Below, in pieces: positions 37,098 through 40,640 of a stretch of 40,640 nt of DNA (position 1 is its first letter; each line of letters begins with the position of its first letter). This stretch comes from an uncultured Atopobium sp. (GTDB taxonomy: Bacteria; Actinomycetota; Coriobacteriia; Coriobacteriales; Atopobiaceae). The notes beneath the pieces are model-generated. The model searched no databases and was not told where the DNA came from. It saw only the letters and a program-made list of their open reading frames with translations. Position numbers and translations under genes: made by a program. Location: contig CAKARF010000001.1 of the NCBI GenBank assembly GCA_916720465.1, positions 1 to 40,640 of the forward strand, written 5' to 3'.

Positions 37098-39041
37098 CTA
37101 CTGCCTGTTAAACTTGTTGATCTTACGGTCGTAGGTTAGCAGGCCGTTTACCTCTTCCTCAACGTCAGATACCTGGGTGTAAATGTATCCAGCAAGGCCT
37201 TCAACCTGCAGCGATTCCGCCTCTGCAAGCAACTTTTGAACAGCCACTCGCCAATCCTTAACTGTGACAAAATCCCCATATCCATACGAATGATCAAGTG
37301 ACGTGTGACCTGGCGTCATTTGCGCGAGGCCACCAAACTCAGAGATTATCACAGCTCGATTCTCCCGTTGCTTCCCGCTCCAACCTGCGCGAAGTGGTCG
37401 GAAGTAATTGTGAATGCTCAGAAAATCACCACAGTCCTGGTCATACCAACCGCTCGTCGCATCGATTGGACGTGTTGCATCCAAGGCGCGAACAGCCTCA
37501 GTAGCTGTGCAAGCATCAAACTGTCCCCAACCCTCGTTAAAGAGCGTCCAAAATCCAATCGAAGGATGCCCGTCCAAAAGCTTGACAATTTCCTGACAAG
37601 TTTCTGTCCACTCCTTGCGATAGCTCTCGTCACCTGCGGATAAAGCCTCGTGATGAGTTGGAGTTGTGTCGTCAAATCGTCCCCAGGTAAAGCTGAACAG
37701 CGTCGGCTTTCGACTCGTGTGCCAGGGGCTATATGCGCTACCGCCCGAAACACAATCCTGCCAAACCAGCATGCCGAGTCGGTCACAGTGGTAGTACCAG
37801 CGCTCGCTTTCAATCTTGATATGCTTTCGCAGCGTATTGAAACCAGCCGCCTTCATGGCCTCTACGTCATATACCAGCGCATCATCGGACGGCGCCGTCA
37901 GCAATCCGTCAGGCCAATAGCCCTGATCCAGCACGCCACGCACAAAATACGGCGCTCCATTCAAATGCACCCTTGGCACACCAGCCTCATCGCGCTTCAC
38001 TTCAACAGTACGAAACGCGCAATAGCTCCGAACAAAATCGACCGCCACACTATCCTGCCAAAGTGTTGCCTCCACGGGATAGAGGTACGGCTTCTCCGGT
38101 GACCACAACTGCGGTTCATCTACCTGCAGCTTCGCGCAAATTTCCCCTGCTTCGCCCACCGGAAGTCTGGCGAGAAGAACGTCTTGCCCAAGCTCATCCT
38201 TGAGCGCAAGTTCCAGCTCCAATGCGCTCGACTGCGCGCTCGACTTCGCACTTGCTGACCCGCTTACCTGCACGTTCACCTTAACTTCAAGAGCGCCGAA
38301 CATGTCGCCCTTTAACGTCAGCGACTCAAGATGAGCTGCAGAAACAACCTCGTACCACACACTCTGCCAAATTCCACTCTGAGCGGTGTACCAAATGTCG
38401 CCACGCAAAAGTCGCTGCTTGCCGCGCAGTTGAGAGCCGGTATCGCTTGGATCCCAAACGCAAAGCACGAGCTCAGCAGTGGCCGCACTCTCAACCGCAC
38501 TCTCAGCCTCAGCGGCACTCTCAACCGCACCTGCCACCTCGACCAACCCAAGCAGATTCGTAATGTCAAAAGAAAACGGCAGGTAACCGCTAATATGCGT
38601 ACCGGCGAGCTTGCCGTTTACAAAACATGCGCACATCCAGTCAACCGCATCAAAATGCAGAATAAGCCGCTGGTCATCGGTCAGTTTTGGCAAGTCAATT
38701 TTGCGCCTGTACCACAAAAGCTCATTTGGACGCACCGTACGACCAACCCCAGAAAGCGGAGCTTCTGGCGAGAATGGCACCACAATCTGCCCATCCCAAC
38801 GGGAAGGAATTGCCTGTTGCGTGAGGGTTTCTGCGTCCACCTCGCCATCTACCGGCGCAATCGCATACTCCCACACGCCGTTCAGCATCACGTAATTGTC
38901 GCGCTGCATACGAGGACGCGGATGCTCAGGCAACACGTTCGATGTATCAAGCGACTCTCCCCAAACAGTCGTCAGAGAATTCAGCGTTTCCTCCGTATGC
39001 TTTTTGGGCGCACTTGCCAAAACACGACGAATATCCAGCAT
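37098..39041 (-). CDS. Glycoside hydrolase family 2
   Basis: HPRP.MQR...LNGVW, LHFDAVD, GVLDQGYWPDG, GFNTLRKHIK, FNEGWGQ, ISEFGG, YTQVSDVEEEVNG. Confidence 0.88.
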   Translation of the reverse strand: MLDIRRVLASAPKKHTEETLNSLTTVWGESLDTSNVLPEHPRPRMQRDNYVMLNGVWEYAIAPVDGEVDAETLTQQAIPSRWDGQIVVPFSPEAPLSGVGRTVRPNELLWYRRKIDLPKLTDDQRLILHFDAVDWMCACFVNGKLAGTHISGYLPFSFDITNLLGLVEVAGAVESAAEAESAVESAATAELVLCVWDPSDTGSQLRGKQRLLRGDIWYTAQSGIWQSVWYEVVSAAHLESLTLKGDMFGALEVKVNVQVSGSASAKSSAQSSALELELALKDELGQDVLLARLPVGEAGEICAKLQVDEPQLWSPEKPYLYPVEATLWQDSVAVDFVRSYCAFRTVEVKRDEAGVPRVHLNGAPYFVRGVLDQGYWPDGLLTAPSDDALVYDVEAMKAAGFNTLRKHIKIESERWYYHCDRLGMLVWQDCVSGGSAYSPWHTSRKPTLFSFTWGRFDDTTPTHHEALSAGDESYRKEWTETCQEIVKLLDGHPSIGFWTLFNEGWGQFDACTATEAVRALDATRPIDATSGWYDQDCGDFLSIHNYFRPLRAGWSGKQRENRAVIISEFGGLAQMTPGHTSLDHSYGYGDFVTVKDWRVAVQKLLAEAESLQVEGLAGYIYTQVSDVEEEVNGLLTYDRKINKFNRQ

Positions 39042-39191
39042 CGCATCTCTCGTTTCTCATGAAGCAGCAGGTAGAAGCACTAACAAACTAGCATGACGTA
39101 TACGAAGCAAGCATGACACGAGCATGCCTTGCGGACGTATGTATATCATAGCCGCTTCGTAAAAGTATTTATATAGCGAGAAAATCAAATA

Positions 39192-39220
39192 AGCCCCAGC
39201 TCACCTATGGGGCTGGAGCT
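39192..39220 (-). terminator. Terminator after the ICMT-family gene
   Basis: Minus strand AGCTCCAGC...GCTGGGGCT followed by TATTT. Confidence 0.55.
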
Positions 39221-39232
39221 CAACTAAAAGCA

Positions 39233-39280
39233 AATATCGACGTGAATATCCACGTGAATGGTCACGTAAATATTCACGTT
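39233..39280. repeat. Four imperfect 12-bp tandem units
   Basis: AATATCGACGTG, AATATCCACGTG, AATGGTCACGTA, AATATTCACGTT. Confidence 0.75.
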
Positions 39281-39285
39281 AAACG

Positions 39286-39786
39286 TTAGCGCTTGGGAAA
39301 CCACGGAATGCAGCGATTAACTCGCTTGCAGTACTCCCTGTACTCATCGCCAAACTGCTCGAGAAGCCACTTCTCTTCCGTGGCTTGCATCATCACAGTT
39401 AAAAGCACCCAGAACACAAGAGGTAACGGCAGCAGATAAAGGTTGCTTGAAAGCAAAGCTGCGCCCGACATAACAAACGCAAATGCGGAGTAGATAGGGT
39501 TTCTGACCAGCGCATAAACACCAGTGGTAACTAGCTGATTTGCGATGATCTTCTCGCGAAGTTTTTCTTTTATGGCAGCGGAAACCCACAGCCAGATACC
39601 CACAATCAGAAAAGCCGTGCCCACGGTATGCATCACGCCGACCGTGGCTCGAATGCGAAGGTATGGAAGAAATCCCAGCTTAGATAGGGCAATGCACGCG
39701 ATCGTTAGCACCGTGATGGCAACCACGTAAGCGGGGCCGACACCAAGTACTGGAAGGTGATCCTTCTTCTCGTTCTGAGCAGGCAT
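39286..39786 (-). CDS. ICMT/PEMT-family membrane methyltransferase
   Basis: LVTTGVYALVRNPIY, EEKWLLEQFGDEY.EY..RV.R.IP. Confidence 0.85.
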   Translation of the reverse strand: MPAQNEKKDHLPVLGVGPAYVVAITVLTIACIALSKLGFLPYLRIRATVGVMHTVGTAFLIVGIWLWVSAAIKEKLREKIIANQLVTTGVYALVRNPIYSAFAFVMSGAALLSSNLYLLPLPLVFWVLLTVMMQATEEKWLLEQFGDEYREYCKRVNRCIPWFPKR

Positions 39787-39855
39787 TTGTTAAGCTCCGT
39801 TCGGTTAGTGCTTTGTTAGCTCAAGTTAACTATGCCATAAAGTTTACACCTATAT

Positions 39856-40608
39856 CTACACTTTGACGTGCGGATTTTTATATTGTCCATGTTTGTTTGT
39901 TGTCCCCTTACCGTACTGAATGGCAAACGTAGGGCAATGATGCAAGCAACGAAGGCACGCGGCACACTGGTCCTTAACCCACACAGGTTTTTTATCCTTC
40001 ATCTCAATAGCCTGAACAGGGCATTTTCGTGCGCAAAGACTACATCCAATGCACTTTTCTGTAACCGAGAAGTGCTGTGTCTTCCTTTCATTGTTGTATA
40101 TAGGATCCATAAAAAGTCTCACTGCGTACGGGACAACGCCCTGCATGTGATTACCAACAGATCGCTCTTTGATTCCGCTTAGTACAGCGTCAATATAACT
40201 CTCGGCTTTGTTGTTAATTTGCTGGACCTTTGCCTTGTCGCTCAAATCAAAAATTGGAGTCCAGGTATCAGGCATTTTGACGCTAAAACCAGCGTTGAGC
40301 TCTAGTCCTTTGCTAGCAAGAATCTTTTTTGCGTCAACAAACGTACAACCAGCCGTTGTCCCGTATGTTGTCACAATAAACATGTACGGCGTAGAGGCAC
40401 CAGTAACCTGGAGATTCTGCAAAAACTCACGAGTCGTAATGGGGAGCTCCCAGTTATAAACTGGCGTCACAATGCCAAGCATCTCATCTTCTGAGAGATT
40501 TACCTGGCCGTTTGATACCTCGATCGAGACTGCGGTGTCATCAAACTCCGCGGCAATTCGTTCGGCAACATATTTGCAATTGCCGGTTGCAGAAAAATAC
40601 AAAATCAT
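39856..40608 (-). CDS. EFR1-family ferrodoxin (flavodoxin + 2x4Fe-4S)
   Basis: YFSATGNCKYVA; CIGCSLCARKCP; CAACLRCLHHCP. Confidence 0.9.
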   Translation of the reverse strand: MILYFSATGNCKYVAERIAAEFDDTAVSIEVSNGQVNLSEDEMLGIVTPVYNWELPITTREFLQNLQVTGASTPYMFIVTTYGTTAGCTFVDAKKILASKGLELNAGFSVKMPDTWTPIFDLSDKAKVQQINNKAESYIDAVLSGIKERSVGNHMQGVVPYAVRLFMDPIYNNERKTQHFSVTEKCIGCSLCARKCPVQAIEMKDKKPVWVKDQCAACLRCLHHCPTFAIQYGKGTTNKHGQYKNPHVKV

Positions 40609-40640
40609 GTGTCCCTCTCCCGCGCGGTAGTTGTCTACTC

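Noticed and set aside
5362..39062. Long antisense ORFs (e.g. 5362-6213, 26812-27426, 28973-29713, 38331-39062)
   Set aside because: Shadows of well-supported genes on the opposite strand, with no protein motifs.

Overview
A 40.6 kb bacterial window, probably from an anaerobic Coriobacteriia (Atopobium/Lancefieldella-like) host; this is inferred from gene content and style only. About 32 kb (4.6-36.9 kb) is one nearly self-contained anaerobic urate/purine catabolism locus. It holds the catabolic enzymes (Se-dependent xanthine dehydrogenase-family Mo hydroxylase, YgfK, SsnA, HydA/HyuA, YgeW, YgeY, DpaL/YgeX, carbamate kinase, RidA) and an NCS2 purine permease. It also holds a selenium-cofactor module (YedF, class-V PLP desulfurase, DUF3343, YqeB, Cys-type SelD, XdhC, YqeC), Moco synthesis genes (moaA, moaC, MOSC, MoeA-like, mogA, mocA; no moaD/moaE/moeB in the window), modABC, a YheO/DauR-like PAS-HTH regulator and a second M20 deacylase. 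Left flank: a 9-bp tandem repeat, a 5'-truncated CnaB/LPXTG adhesin, and an ApbE + two FMN-reductase operon whose last protein ends in a flavinylation motif. Right flank: a GH2 glycosidase, an ICMT/PEMT-family membrane protein and an EFR1 ferrodoxin. The least expected signals are non-coding: tandem 19-bp palindromic boxes at about 20-bp spacing in four intergenic regions of the locus (candidate regulon of the PAS-HTH regulator), and pseudoknot-compatible leaders upstream of ygfK and ssnA. No CRISPR array, rRNA, tRNA, integrase or transposase was recognised. All product calls come from motif recognition, not database searches.
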